Below, piece by piece: positions 19,916 through 28,524 of a stretch of DNA of 64,000 nt. This DNA comes from Planctomicrobium piriforme. Its GTDB lineage: Bacteria > Planctomycetota > Planctomycetia > Pirellulales > UBA1268. Every line of letters starts with the position of its first letter. Within the stretch, counting starts at the first letter, position 1. A model generated the notes under the pieces. The model was not told the origin of the DNA. It searched no databases and worked only from the letters and a program-made list of their open reading frames with translations. The stretch is from positions 6,733 through 70,732 of the forward strand of contig CAMBPQ010000005.1 in assembly GCA_945869735.1 (NCBI GenBank), read 5' to 3'. The position numbers and the translations under genes were made by a program.

Positions 19916-21370
19916 GTGCCGATGGGCTTCTGCGACGACTCCTTCCTGCTGTCGAACGACGTCGCAGCGGACCTCTTCCACCGGGTAGCCGACCGGCGTC
20001 CGATCGTCGACTACCACTGCCACCTCAGCCCCCAGGACATCGCCGCCGACCGGCGGTTCGAAAACCTGCATGCCGCGTGGCTGGAGGGCGACCACTACAA
20101 GTGGCGGGCAATGCGGGCCGACGGCGTGCACGAGGATCGGATCACGGGCTCCGCCTCGCCCCGCGAGAAGTTTCAGGCGTGGGCGGAAACGGTGCCCCAC
20201 ACGCTGCGGAATCCGCTCTTCCACTGGACTCATCTTGAGCTCCGGCGGCATTTTGGCATCGCTGATCTTCTCGAAGGCCCGTCGGCCGAGGCGATGTGGA
20301 CTGAGGCCAACCGCCAGCTCACCACCGGGCCACTGACAGCGCGGGGCATCCTCGACGCGATGCATGTCGAGTTCGTCGGTACCACCGACGATCCGGCCGA
20401 TAGCCTCGACGCCCATCATCAGATCGCCCGCTCGGGATTGAGGGTGCGCGTGGTGCCCACCTTCCGCCCAGATGCGGCGGGCAAGGTGCGGCAGCCCGAG
20501 CGGCTCAAAGCCTGGGCGAAGCGGCTCTCCGACGCCGCGGGCATCGCGGCCGACACGTATGCCGGCCTGCTCGCCGCGCTGGCGACACGTCATGACGACT
20601 TCGCCGCCGCCGGCTGCCACGCGACCGACCACGGGCTCGAATCACTTGCCGCAGCCGACTGCACCGACACCGAGGCCGCGTCGATCTGGCGCCGCGCCCT
20701 GGCTGGCACGCCCGCCACCGCGGACGAGGCCGACCGTTTTGCGACTTCGATCGTGCTCCATGTCGCCCGGCTCAACCACCAGAAGGGCTGGGTGACGCAG
20801 TTGCACCTCGGCCCCTTTCGTGACCCGAATCCATCGCTCGCCAAGCGGCTCGGCGCCGACGCCGGCTGCGACACGATCGGCGACGCCCGTCAGGGCCCGG
20901 GCCTCGTCCGCTTCCTCGGCACACTTGCCGCCGAAAACAGTCTCGGTCGCACGATCCTCTACAACATCAACCCCGCCGACAACGCCCTCTTCGCCGCCCT
21001 GCCAGGCTCGTTTCAGGACGGCATCCTGCCCGGCAAGATCCAGTGGGGCAGCGGCTGGTGGTTCATGGATCAGGAGCGGGGCATGCGGGACCAGCTGAAC
21101 ATGCTCTCCGACCTGGGACTGCTCTCCCGGTTCGTGGGCATGGTGACCGACTCGCGGTCGTTCCTCTCCTATCCCCGGCACGAATACTTCCGGCGGATCC
21201 TCTGTGATCTCCTCGGCACGGACGTTGCCACCGGCCGACTGCCAGACCGCCGCGACTGGCTCGACGCCCTCGTCGCTGCCGTGTGCGATGACAACGCCCG
21301 CGGCATGTTCGCGGCCGAACGGAGCGAAATGCTGCCGTGCCCCCGTCCGACACTCGAGACTCGCTCGTGA
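19916..21370 (+). CDS. uxaC: glucuronate (uronate) isomerase
   Basis: PIVDYHCHLSPQDIA, HYKWRAMRA, NPLFHWTHLEL and WWF..Q are UxaC hallmarks. Length is about 480 aa. Confidence 0.9.
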   Translation: MPMGFCDDSFLLSNDVAADLFHRVADRRPIVDYHCHLSPQDIAADRRFENLHAAWLEGDHYKWRAMRADGVHEDRITGSASPREKFQAWAETVPHTLRNPLFHWTHLELRRHFGIADLLEGPSAEAMWTEANRQLTTGPLTARGILDAMHVEFVGTTDDPADSLDAHHQIARSGLRVRVVPTFRPDAAGKVRQPERLKAWAKRLSDAAGIAADTYAGLLAALATRHDDFAAAGCHATDHGLESLAAADCTDTEAASIWRRALAGTPATADEADRFATSIVLHVARLNHQKGWVTQLHLGPFRDPNPSLAKRLGADAGCDTIGDARQGPGLVRFLGTLAAENSLGRTILYNINPADNALFAALPGSFQDGILPGKIQWGSGWWFMDQERGMRDQLNMLSDLGLLSRFVGMVTDSRSFLSYPRHEYFRRILCDLLGTDVATGRLPDRRDWLDALVAAVCDDNARGMFAAERSEMLPCPRPTLETRS

Positions 21371-21506
21371 GAAACCCATGAGAATGCTGTGAGGATTTCA
21401 TGAGGGTTTCATAAAACTCCTGTGAGGGGCGGGAATATCGCGAGTTGTCCCGGGCGGGCTCACGAAATCGATACCTATTCCAGCCAGATTGGAGCAGTAA
21501 GATCGA

Positions 21507-22220
21507 ATGAGCGATCTACAGCTTCCGTGTCCCGAACCGCAGGAGAGTGACATGACTTCGGTATCAGGTGGACAGAGCGAGTTGCGATGGTCGCCCAGGT
21601 TGAAGGGCGTCGTTCGTCGCGCTAGGGGTGATTTGAGCGGAAGCGCTCAAGCCGCCAGCATGGCCATGGGCCAAATCAAAGTAATCGAGCTTCGCAAACT
21701 GAGCGGGCAAGGTTTCGACGAGGCGTATCTCGAGAAGATAAGTCAGACGCTCAACTCGGGGGCTTCCAAGAGGTTCCAGGCGGTAGCGAGCAGCGAATCG
21801 TCTGCCTCGTCCAAGGGCTGGTGGATTGCCGCCGGAATCGCCGCGGCGACCGGCTGTCTCGCCTGCTGTCTCGCCTTCGGCGCGTTCTGGGCGTCACGGG
21901 GGCCGGCCCACAGCGTCTCGGGCACGCTGCTGTTGATGCGTACCCCCATCGTCGGAGCCGACGTCGTCTTCCATCCGACCAAGTCCGGGGGGAAACCCGC
22001 CCGGACCACCACGGGCGAGGACGGCTCATTTCGGATTGCGGGCCTGTTGCCAGATGCCTACAAGATCACGATCGATCCGGGCGAATCCAACGGTTCAATG
22101 TTCCCGGTTTCGTACGGTAGCGCTTCGACGACCCCGCTCATGCTCAATGTCTTCCGAGACAGGGACATGAAGCAGGTGAGGGTGAATACGATGACCCACC
22201 CAACGCGGAAAAAGACCTAG
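21507..22220 (+). CDS. hypothetical single-TM protein with C-terminal carboxypeptidase-regulatory-like beta-sandwich
   Basis: TM segment WWIAAGIAAATGCLACCLAFGAFWA. The C-terminal part VSGTLLLMRTPIVGADVVFHP...GEDGSFRIAGLLPDAYKITI resembles CarboxypepD_reg repeats. The gene is visibly lower in GC than its neighbours. Confidence 0.5.
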   Translation: MSDLQLPCPEPQESDMTSVSGGQSELRWSPRLKGVVRRARGDLSGSAQAASMAMGQIKVIELRKLSGQGFDEAYLEKISQTLNSGASKRFQAVASSESSASSKGWWIAAGIAAATGCLACCLAFGAFWASRGPAHSVSGTLLLMRTPIVGADVVFHPTKSGGKPARTTTGEDGSFRIAGLLPDAYKITIDPGESNGSMFPVSYGSASTTPLMLNVFRDRDMKQVRVNTMTHPTRKKT

Positions 22221-22387
22221 AGCGGGTTCGACTCACGTGGATCGCCGGCTCGAGGGCGGCAAAAATCTCGTCGCCGGGGCGAGCATACGCCCAAGGCTCC
22301 TCGAGCGTTCGCCGACCCCCTCACCTACCCCCTCCAAGGTGCCCGTTCCGTTCAACCAAAGGCAGATGCGCTCGATCCACGGGGTCA
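22218..22387 (-). repeat. family-A dispersed repeat, copy 2 (fills the whole space between two convergent genes)
   Basis: TAGAGCGGGTTCGACTCACGTGGATCGCCGGCTCGAGGGCGGCAAAAATCTCGTCGCCGGGGCGAGCATACGCCCAAGGCTCCTCGAGCGTTCGCCGACCCCC... It ends in CGATCCACGGGGTC, which is inverted relative to GACTCACGTGGATCG at the left end. Confidence 0.8.
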
Positions 22388-23332
22388 GCGGGACGGCCTC
22401 CGACTGACCGCGAACCGCACCCGAACGTCGGGATGCGTGGTGTAGAGCCGGTGCCGTTCGCCGTCGAAGATAAGCGTGCCGCTTGAACGCTTCGGATGCG
22501 CGTCGTCAGCCGGCAGGATCGGATTGCCCGTGTACTTCGTCCAGTGGACAAGGTCGTCGCTGACCGCGATGCAGGTCTGCCACCGGCGCCGGTCTGGATC
22601 GGGGCTCGCGTGGTAATACGCGTAATAGCGGCCTTCGAACTGCACAATCTGGTCGACGGCGATCCCATGTGCGTCGTAGGGTTCCGGACCGCAGGCGAGC
22701 ACGGGGTCGTCACTGACGTTGGTGAACGTGCGGAGGTCACGTGACGTGGCCAGCCAGACGCCATCGTCGCGACGCTCATAGAACAGGTGCCACACGCCCC
22801 GCTCAAGCCAGACCGTGGGTGTGCCCCGCGGGCCTGGGGGAATCGGCTCGCCAGACACCAGTCGGATATCGAGGGAACCACACGACCGCCATTCGACACC
22901 GTTTCGCGACACGAGCAGGTGGGCCACGTCATCTTCCCCCTCGGCAACCATCCGGAGCAGTTCACCCGAGCGCGAGCGGCTCTTGACGACGCACACATCC
23001 TCGATCCAGCGGTCAGCAACCAGCGGCCCCGACGACGACCGCGTCCAGTTGAGGCCATCGGGGCTCGTGGCGTGGCCGAGCCGGCGCACGGGATCGCGGT
23101 CGGGGTTGGAGCCGGTGTACCAGAGATGCCAGCAGCCGCCGTGCCGCATGATCCAGCCCCGCTCACGGAGGTCGCGATCCCACGCATTGGGGCCGCCTCC
23201 GGTAAAGAGCGGCGCTGCCGAGGCCGGTCCGAAGTCGACGAGCACCGCCGGGAACGGCCCTGCTCCGGCCGCCGCCGGCGCGAGCAGCGTGATCAAGGCG
23301 AGTGCGGCGACCAGGCGAGCGAATGTCGTCAT
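22385..23332 (-). CDS. secreted beta-propeller glycoside hydrolase-like protein (GH43/GH130-type fold)
   Basis: Signal peptide MTTFARLVAALALITLLAPAAAGA. Repeated blade motifs WHLWYTG, WHLFYE and YYAYYHA. The start at 23332 was chosen inside the longer track ORF. Confidence 0.55.
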   Translation of the reverse strand: MTTFARLVAALALITLLAPAAAGAGPFPAVLVDFGPASAAPLFTGGGPNAWDRDLRERGWIMRHGGCWHLWYTGSNPDRDPVRRLGHATSPDGLNWTRSSSGPLVADRWIEDVCVVKSRSRSGELLRMVAEGEDDVAHLLVSRNGVEWRSCGSLDIRLVSGEPIPPGPRGTPTVWLERGVWHLFYERRDDGVWLATSRDLRTFTNVSDDPVLACGPEPYDAHGIAVDQIVQFEGRYYAYYHASPDPDRRRWQTCIAVSDDLVHWTKYTGNPILPADDAHPKRSSGTLIFDGERHRLYTTHPDVRVRFAVSRRPSR

Positions 23333-23421
23333 GGCGGCATCATACGATCCGCGGCAGGTACCATGGACCTGCGTGGCCGGCCCTTGGTGCCTGCCGCGGT
23401 TCTTTTCCAGAGCGTCGTCGC

Positions 23422-24825
23422 ATGTCTTCCTCGCCCCGTGGCCGATCACTGTTCGGGCAACTCGTCCTGCCCGTTGTGGGGCTCGTGCTCGCAGCGGTCC
23501 TCGGCAACGTCGCTTTTTCCGCCTGGCTGGCCGTGCGGAGATCGTTCGCAGCCGCCCGCGCCAGCCACGAACGGGTCGTCGAGGCACTGGAGGGTTCCCG
23601 AGTCTCTCTTTCCCCGCAGGTGCTCGACGCGCTCTACCGGTTGACCGGCAGCCACTTTGTCATCTGGAACATGGCCGAGGACACGCTCGGGCTTTCGACG
23701 CTCGAACCAGCCGACCTCGACGACGTTGCTGCTGCTTTTCGCTCCTCCGGCCCAAGCGCCGTGGTCATGATCGATGGGCGGCGGCATTCCGTCGGCGTGG
23801 CGCGGGCGGCTGGCGTCCGTCCCGAGCGTGTCTTCGTCTTGTCGCCGATCCAAGGAGCCCTCGAATCGACGGTTGCCGCCGCCTGGCCCGTGCTTGCCGT
23901 CGCCGCCGCCACACTCGCGGTGCTGGTGCCACTGGGTCTCGCGACCACCGGCCGCCTCGCGCGGCGAATCTCCGCGGTCGAGCGGCATGTCGAGCGGATT
24001 TCCCACGGCGAGTTCGGCACAACGCTCGAGGATGCTGCCGCCACCGAGGGCTCGCCTCGCGACGAGGTCGGACGGCTCGTCGCCGGCGTCAACCGCCTCA
24101 GCGCCGAACTCGACAGCCTGCGGAACACGGTCGTGGCCGGCGAACGGCAGCGGCTGCTCGGCCAGTTGGCCGCCGGCTTCGCGCACGAGCTCCGTAACGC
24201 CATCACCGGCGCCCGACTCGCCATCGACCTGCATCGCCGCCGCTGCCACTCCGGCACCACCGGCGGCACCGTGGACGAAAGCCTCACGGTGGCCTGTCGC
24301 CAACTCGACATCGTCGAAGAGGAGGTCCGCGGCCTCTTGGCGCTCGGCACACCTTCCGACACGTTGCCGACGCCTGTCGACCTCGACGCCCTCGTTGGTG
24401 AGGTCCGCGACCTGACAGCGCCACGATGCGAACACGCAGGAGTGCGGCTCGACTGTGGACCAGCCGTCGCCGTCGCCGTCATCGGCCGCCACGATGCCCT
24501 CCGCGCGGCCCTCGTCAATCTGGCACTCAACGCCATCGATGCCGCCGGCCGCGGGGGCCACGTCACCCTGCGCGGTGAGGTGGATGACCGCGGCATCCGG
24601 ATCGTGGTCGAGGACGACGGCCCAGGACCACCTGCTGCACTCGCCGCGACGCTCCACGAGCCATTCGTCACCGGCAAGCCGGAGGGCGTGGGGCTGGGGC
24701 TCGCGGTGGCCAAGGCCGTCGCCGAGCAGCATGGAGGCCGGCTCGAGTGGGGCCGAATCGACAACCACACGCGGTTCGTGATCGGGCTGCCCTTGTCGAC
24801 CATGCAGGACGGATGCCGCGCATGA
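23422..24825 (+). CDS. sensor histidine kinase (2 TM, HAMP, HisKA, HATPase_c)
   Basis: H-box FAHELRNAITG, N-box LVNLALNAIDA, G1 VEDDGPG and G2 GVGLGLAV. The HAMP-like linker is RLARRISAVERHVERISHGEFG. Confidence 0.85.
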   Translation: MSSSPRGRSLFGQLVLPVVGLVLAAVLGNVAFSAWLAVRRSFAAARASHERVVEALEGSRVSLSPQVLDALYRLTGSHFVIWNMAEDTLGLSTLEPADLDDVAAAFRSSGPSAVVMIDGRRHSVGVARAAGVRPERVFVLSPIQGALESTVAAAWPVLAVAAATLAVLVPLGLATTGRLARRISAVERHVERISHGEFGTTLEDAAATEGSPRDEVGRLVAGVNRLSAELDSLRNTVVAGERQRLLGQLAAGFAHELRNAITGARLAIDLHRRRCHSGTTGGTVDESLTVACRQLDIVEEEVRGLLALGTPSDTLPTPVDLDALVGEVRDLTAPRCEHAGVRLDCGPAVAVAVIGRHDALRAALVNLALNAIDAAGRGGHVTLRGEVDDRGIRIVVEDDGPGPPAALAATLHEPFVTGKPEGVGLGLAVAKAVAEQHGGRLEWGRIDNHTRFVIGLPLSTMQDGCRA

Positions 24826-24835
24826 GGGGCCGACA

Positions 24836-26194
24836 GTGAGCCAGATCCTCGTCGTCGACGATGAACCGGCGATCGGCTGGAGCCTCCGGGAGATGCTCTC
24901 GGACGACGGCCACGACGTCGTCCTCGCCGCAAGTGTCGCTGAGGCGTTTCTGGCCTGCGGCCGCGTGATCCCGGATCTCGTCCTGCTCGACGTCCGGCTG
25001 CCGGGCCGAGACGGCATCTCGGCGATCCCCGAACTGAGGTCGGCCGCGCCTCACGCCCCAGTGATCGTGATGACGGCGTTCGGCGACCTCGATACAGCGG
25101 TCCGAGCCGTGAGGGCCGGGGCGTTCGACTATCTCGTGAAACCCTTCAACCTCGATCACGTGGCGACTGTGGTGGCCCGCGCACTGGCGGAGCGGTCTCT
25201 CCGCGATGAGCCGCCGGCCACCGCCGACGCCGACATAGGCACGCTCGTCGGCTCCTCAGCTGCGATGCAGGAGGTCTACCAGCGGATCGCACTGGTCGCC
25301 GACAACGATCTGCCGGTTCTGGTCACGGGCCCGTCGGGCAGTGGCAAGGAGTTGGCCGCCCGCGCGATCCATGCCCACGGCCGTCGCCCCGATCGCCCCT
25401 TCGTGGCCACGAACCTCACGGCGCTGGCGCCGGGAGCCGTGGCCGCCGAGCTCTTCGGGCACGCCGATGGTCGTCCAGGGCTCGTCGCGGCAGCAGCTGG
25501 CGGCACACTCTTCCTCGCCGACATCGAGGCTGCGCCCCCGGACGTGCAGAGCAGTCTCCTGCGGCTCCTCGAATCGAAGGAGGTCGACGTGCGGGTGATC
25601 GCCGCAACCAAGCGCGATCTGGGCGGTCTCACGGCAGCCGCGTTTCGCCGCGACCTTCTCGATCGGCTCCACGTGGTCGAGATCGCAATGCCGGCGCTCA
25701 AAGAACGGCGTGATGACATCGAGCCTCTGGCCCGCTGCCTGCTGGCCCGCTGCCTCGCCGCCAATCCGCAGGGGACAGCCGCCGTCATGTCCCGTGAGTT
25801 TCTCGAGGCCCTCGCTAGCCGCGACTGGCCGGGGAACGTCCGGGAACTGCGGCATGCCGTCGAGCATGCCGCAGTCGTGGCCCGCGGCGGCGTGCTGCGA
25901 CCAGAGCACCTGCCGCCTCCGGGACGTCCGGCAGCGGCCGCCGAAAACAGCCTCGAGGCGGCAGCCGTCGGCGTGGGAGCTGCAATCAAAGAGTGGGCAG
26001 CCTCCGCACGGGCCGCCTTCAACCCCCTGCCGGAGCCGGACCTTCACCATCGGACCATGCAGCTCGTCGAGGCGACACTGCTCCGCGAGGCACTCGCCCA
26101 CACGGGCGGTAACCGCACGGCCGCCGCAAAGCTGCTCGGCCTCGACCGGGCCACCCTGCGGACAAAGCTCCGGCTGCTTGGAATCGACGACTGA
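24836..26194 (+). CDS. NtrC-family response regulator (REC, degenerate AAA+, Fis-type HTH) lacking the GAFTGA loop
   Basis: REC domain ILVVDDEP...LLDVRLPGRDG...KPF. Walker A GPSGSGKE, R-finger FRRDLLDRL and sensor II WPGNVREL. The HTH is GGNRTAAAKLLGLDRATLRTKLRLLGI. Confidence 0.85.
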   Translation: MSQILVVDDEPAIGWSLREMLSDDGHDVVLAASVAEAFLACGRVIPDLVLLDVRLPGRDGISAIPELRSAAPHAPVIVMTAFGDLDTAVRAVRAGAFDYLVKPFNLDHVATVVARALAERSLRDEPPATADADIGTLVGSSAAMQEVYQRIALVADNDLPVLVTGPSGSGKELAARAIHAHGRRPDRPFVATNLTALAPGAVAAELFGHADGRPGLVAAAAGGTLFLADIEAAPPDVQSSLLRLLESKEVDVRVIAATKRDLGGLTAAAFRRDLLDRLHVVEIAMPALKERRDDIEPLARCLLARCLAANPQGTAAVMSREFLEALASRDWPGNVRELRHAVEHAAVVARGGVLRPEHLPPPGRPAAAAENSLEAAAVGVGAAIKEWAASARAAFNPLPEPDLHHRTMQLVEATLLREALAHTGGNRTAAAKLLGLDRATLRTKLRLLGIDD

Positions 26195-26305
26195 CCGTGT
26201 GGGGCCAGGGGTGGTGAAAAGTTCACCGCCCGCGGTGGAGGATTCACCGCGCGAGCAGCCGCCGCGGGTCGATACCCTGAGGGAAGCCCTTCAGGACCAA
26301 TCAGC

Positions 26306-27394
26306 ATGCCCGCTCCCACACCCCCGCGGCGCGGCTTCTCGCTCGTCGAGTTGCTCGTCGTGATCGCGATTATCGCCACGCTCATCGGCCTGCTCCTGCC
26401 GGCGGTCCAGAGCGCGCGGGAATCGGCACGGCGAACGTCGTGCGCCAACAATCTGCGGCAACTTCCCCTGGCCTTTCATGCCTACGAAGCCGCGCAGAAG
26501 TTCCTGCCGCCGCTCAAGCGTTCGAGCAACTGCGTTGCGACGCCAAACAACGAAGCTCGGATGGCTCAGCGGAGCTGGGCGCCCGATCTGCTGCCCTACC
26601 TCGAGGAGACGGCACTGGTGGCCAGCTACGATCTGTCACGAAACTGGTGGGAGAACGCCGACGGCAGCGCTCCGACCGGGGGCACGACGGGGGTGCTCGA
26701 CGAAGGCGTCACAGGCAACCGCGGCCTCGTGCGCATCCAGTTGCCAGCGCTCCAGTGCCCATCGTCACCGATGCCCAATCGGATCCAAGACAAGATCGCG
26801 AGTCCCCGCAAAACCGGCGCCTGCACCGATTATTTCGTGGTTGCGGGGACGGGCACGAGTTTCAACACGGCTGCTTCGCTGCCGACCGGCACCGTGGCTG
26901 CGGCACCGGGGCCGATGGAAGAGTGGTCCGGTTGCGTCGCCACCAACAATGCCAAGCGTCCGAAGAACACGCTGGCCAAGATCACCGACGGCCTCTCGAA
27001 GACGATCCTGCTCGCGGAATGCGCGGGCCGCGAGGACGTGTGGCGCGATCGCACACGCTACCCGGCCAACGCGGATGACGTGTCGGGAAATACTGCATGC
27101 GCTCGGGCGCGGGGGGGCGCATGGGCGACGAACGATAACCCCCACGCCTTCGGCGAAAGCCTGGTCAGCGGCTGCACCAAAACAAACAGTCCGACCGCGG
27201 GCTCGATTCCGCCGGCGTTGATGCGGGTCAACGGCTCCAACGAATGGGGCTGGCTGATCTACGCCTTCCACACCGGCGGGGCGAACATCGCCATGGCCGA
27301 CGGATCGGTGCGGTTCGTGGCGGAGGACACGTCGCTGCAACTCCTCGGCCAACTCGCCACCCGGGCCGGCGGCGAGGCGGTTTCGCTCGACTGA
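26306..27394 (+). CDS. DUF1559-family protein with type IV pilin-like N-terminal methylation motif
   Basis: [46 protein letters not shown] is the stereotyped Planctomycetota DUF1559 N-terminus. The C-terminal part reads [16 protein letters not shown]. Confidence 0.85.
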   Translation: MPAPTPPRRGFSLVELLVVIAIIATLIGLLLPAVQSARESARRTSCANNLRQLPLAFHAYEAAQKFLPPLKRSSNCVATPNNEARMAQRSWAPDLLPYLEETALVASYDLSRNWWENADGSAPTGGTTGVLDEGVTGNRGLVRIQLPALQCPSSPMPNRIQDKIASPRKTGACTDYFVVAGTGTSFNTAASLPTGTVAAAPGPMEEWSGCVATNNAKRPKNTLAKITDGLSKTILLAECAGREDVWRDRTRYPANADDVSGNTACARARGGAWATNDNPHAFGESLVSGCTKTNSPTAGSIPPALMRVNGSNEWGWLIYAFHTGGANIAMADGSVRFVAEDTSLQLLGQLATRAGGEAVSLD

Positions 27395-27403
27395 TAATAC
27401 GGG

Positions 27404-27598
27404 TCACACCTGAGCCTCTCGGATGAGCGACGGCTCGTCGAGGGAGGCGCGGTTGCTCCAGTGGTGGTCACGGAACCACAGCCACAGCCGCTCGTCAGGA
27501 TTCCGTTCCGGGGAATACGGCGGCAGGAACAGCGGCGACCCTCGGTAAGCCAATCCGGGGCCGCCAAGAGACAACCCGTACTCCCCGCGGTCGCGTGA
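27404..27598 (-). mobile_element. relic of an IS630/Tc1-mariner-family (DDE_3) transposase C-terminus
   Basis: The minus-strand frame reads SRDRGEYGLSLGGPGLAYRGSPLFLPPYSPERNPDERLWLWFRDHHWSNRASLDE...*. LPPYSPE(L/R)NP(I/D)E is the signature around the third catalytic residue of IS630 transposases. No upstream part of the gene is present. Confidence 0.55.
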
Positions 27599-27771
27599 GG
27601 GGCTGCCCGTGTCCCGACCATCGGCAGGACATCGAGCCCTGACGCGCGAGGCTTCAGTGGGAGCCGTATGACACCGGCTGCTTTCCCCCGACTCAGGACA
27701 GCCGTAGACTACTGGGCGGGTGTCGGCGCCGCCGACGCGTTCGATTCTTCAGTGCTTAACAGGGGCAGTCC

Positions 27772-28209
27772 ATGGACATTCTTGGTGAGATCTTGAAGCA
27801 GGTGCTCGAAGGCGCGGCCCAGCAGCAGCAACAGCCCCCGCAACGTCAACCGCAGGCCCAGCCCCAGCAGCGGCCGCAGCAGCCGCCCCAGGGCATGCCC
27901 TCGCCCAACGACCTCTCGGACATCCTCACCCAGATCTTCGGCGGCGGCGGAGCCCAGAAACTTCCCGATGTCGTCAAGCAGTTCGAGGAGAAAGGGATGC
28001 GTGATCAGGTCGACTCGTGGGTCCGCACCGGACCCAACAAACCGGTCGACCGGCGGCAGGTCGAAGATGCCTTCGGCCAGCGCGAGCTCGAAGACATCGC
28101 CAGTTCGAAGGGCATCGACCGCGACCAACTCGCGGAAGTGCTTGCCAAGTACATCCCCAGGATCATCGACGAGTTGACCCCGTCCGGCCAGCTGCCGTCA
28201 CGGCGTTAG
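27772..28209 (+). CDS. YidB/DUF937-family protein with Gln/Pro-rich linker
   Basis: VDSWVRTGPNKPVDRRQVEDAFGQRELEDIASSKGIDRDQLAEVLAKYIPRIIDELTPSGQLP matches the YidB C-terminal pattern. Confidence 0.7.
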   Translation: MDILGEILKQVLEGAAQQQQQPPQRQPQAQPQQRPQQPPQGMPSPNDLSDILTQIFGGGGAQKLPDVVKQFEEKGMRDQVDSWVRTGPNKPVDRRQVEDAFGQRELEDIASSKGIDRDQLAEVLAKYIPRIIDELTPSGQLPSRR

Positions 28210-28380
28210 AGCGCATTCGACCGACGCGGAGCGTCGAGATGACAATCTGGAAAACGTAGCCGCGGGGGTCGGCGAACGCTCGAGGAGCGTCGGGCCGCCG
28301 CGGCCCACAGCGACAATCCGCCGGACCGCGCGACGAGACTTTTGCGGCCCCCGAGCCGGCGATCCACGTCAGGCTGGTGC
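28207..28380 (+). repeat. family-A dispersed repeat, copy 3 (divergent centre)
   Basis: It starts on the yidB-like TAG as TAGAGCGCATTCGACCGACGCGGAGCGTCGAG. The core is GGGGGTCGGCGAACGCTCGAGGAGC...GACGAGACTTTTGCGGCCCCCGAGCCGGCGATCCACGTC. Confidence 0.8.
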
Positions 28381-28524
28381 GCACGAAAGCGGCTAGACAG
28401 GCCCTTCCCGTAGCGCCCGCCTCTTTGTGTGGCGAACGCTATCGGTCGGCCCGGGCGGACGATCGGCCGCGGACATATACTCGGGTCGTTCGACTCTTTC
28501 CTTACCGCAGGACGCCGGTCCCCC

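Noticed and set aside
21380-21425. A possible terminator or inverted repeat after uxaC (GAAACCCatgag...tcatgaGGGTTTC, with a repeated CTGTGAGG).
   Set aside because: The stem is only 7 bp with a ~25-nt loop and no U-tract. That is insufficient to call a terminator or regulatory site.
22221-22240. tRNA-like GGTTCGA strings, here and at 42396-42410 and 56185-56195.
   Set aside because: None is flanked by sequences that can form a T-stem, acceptor stem or anticodon arm. The first is part of the family-A repeat terminus.
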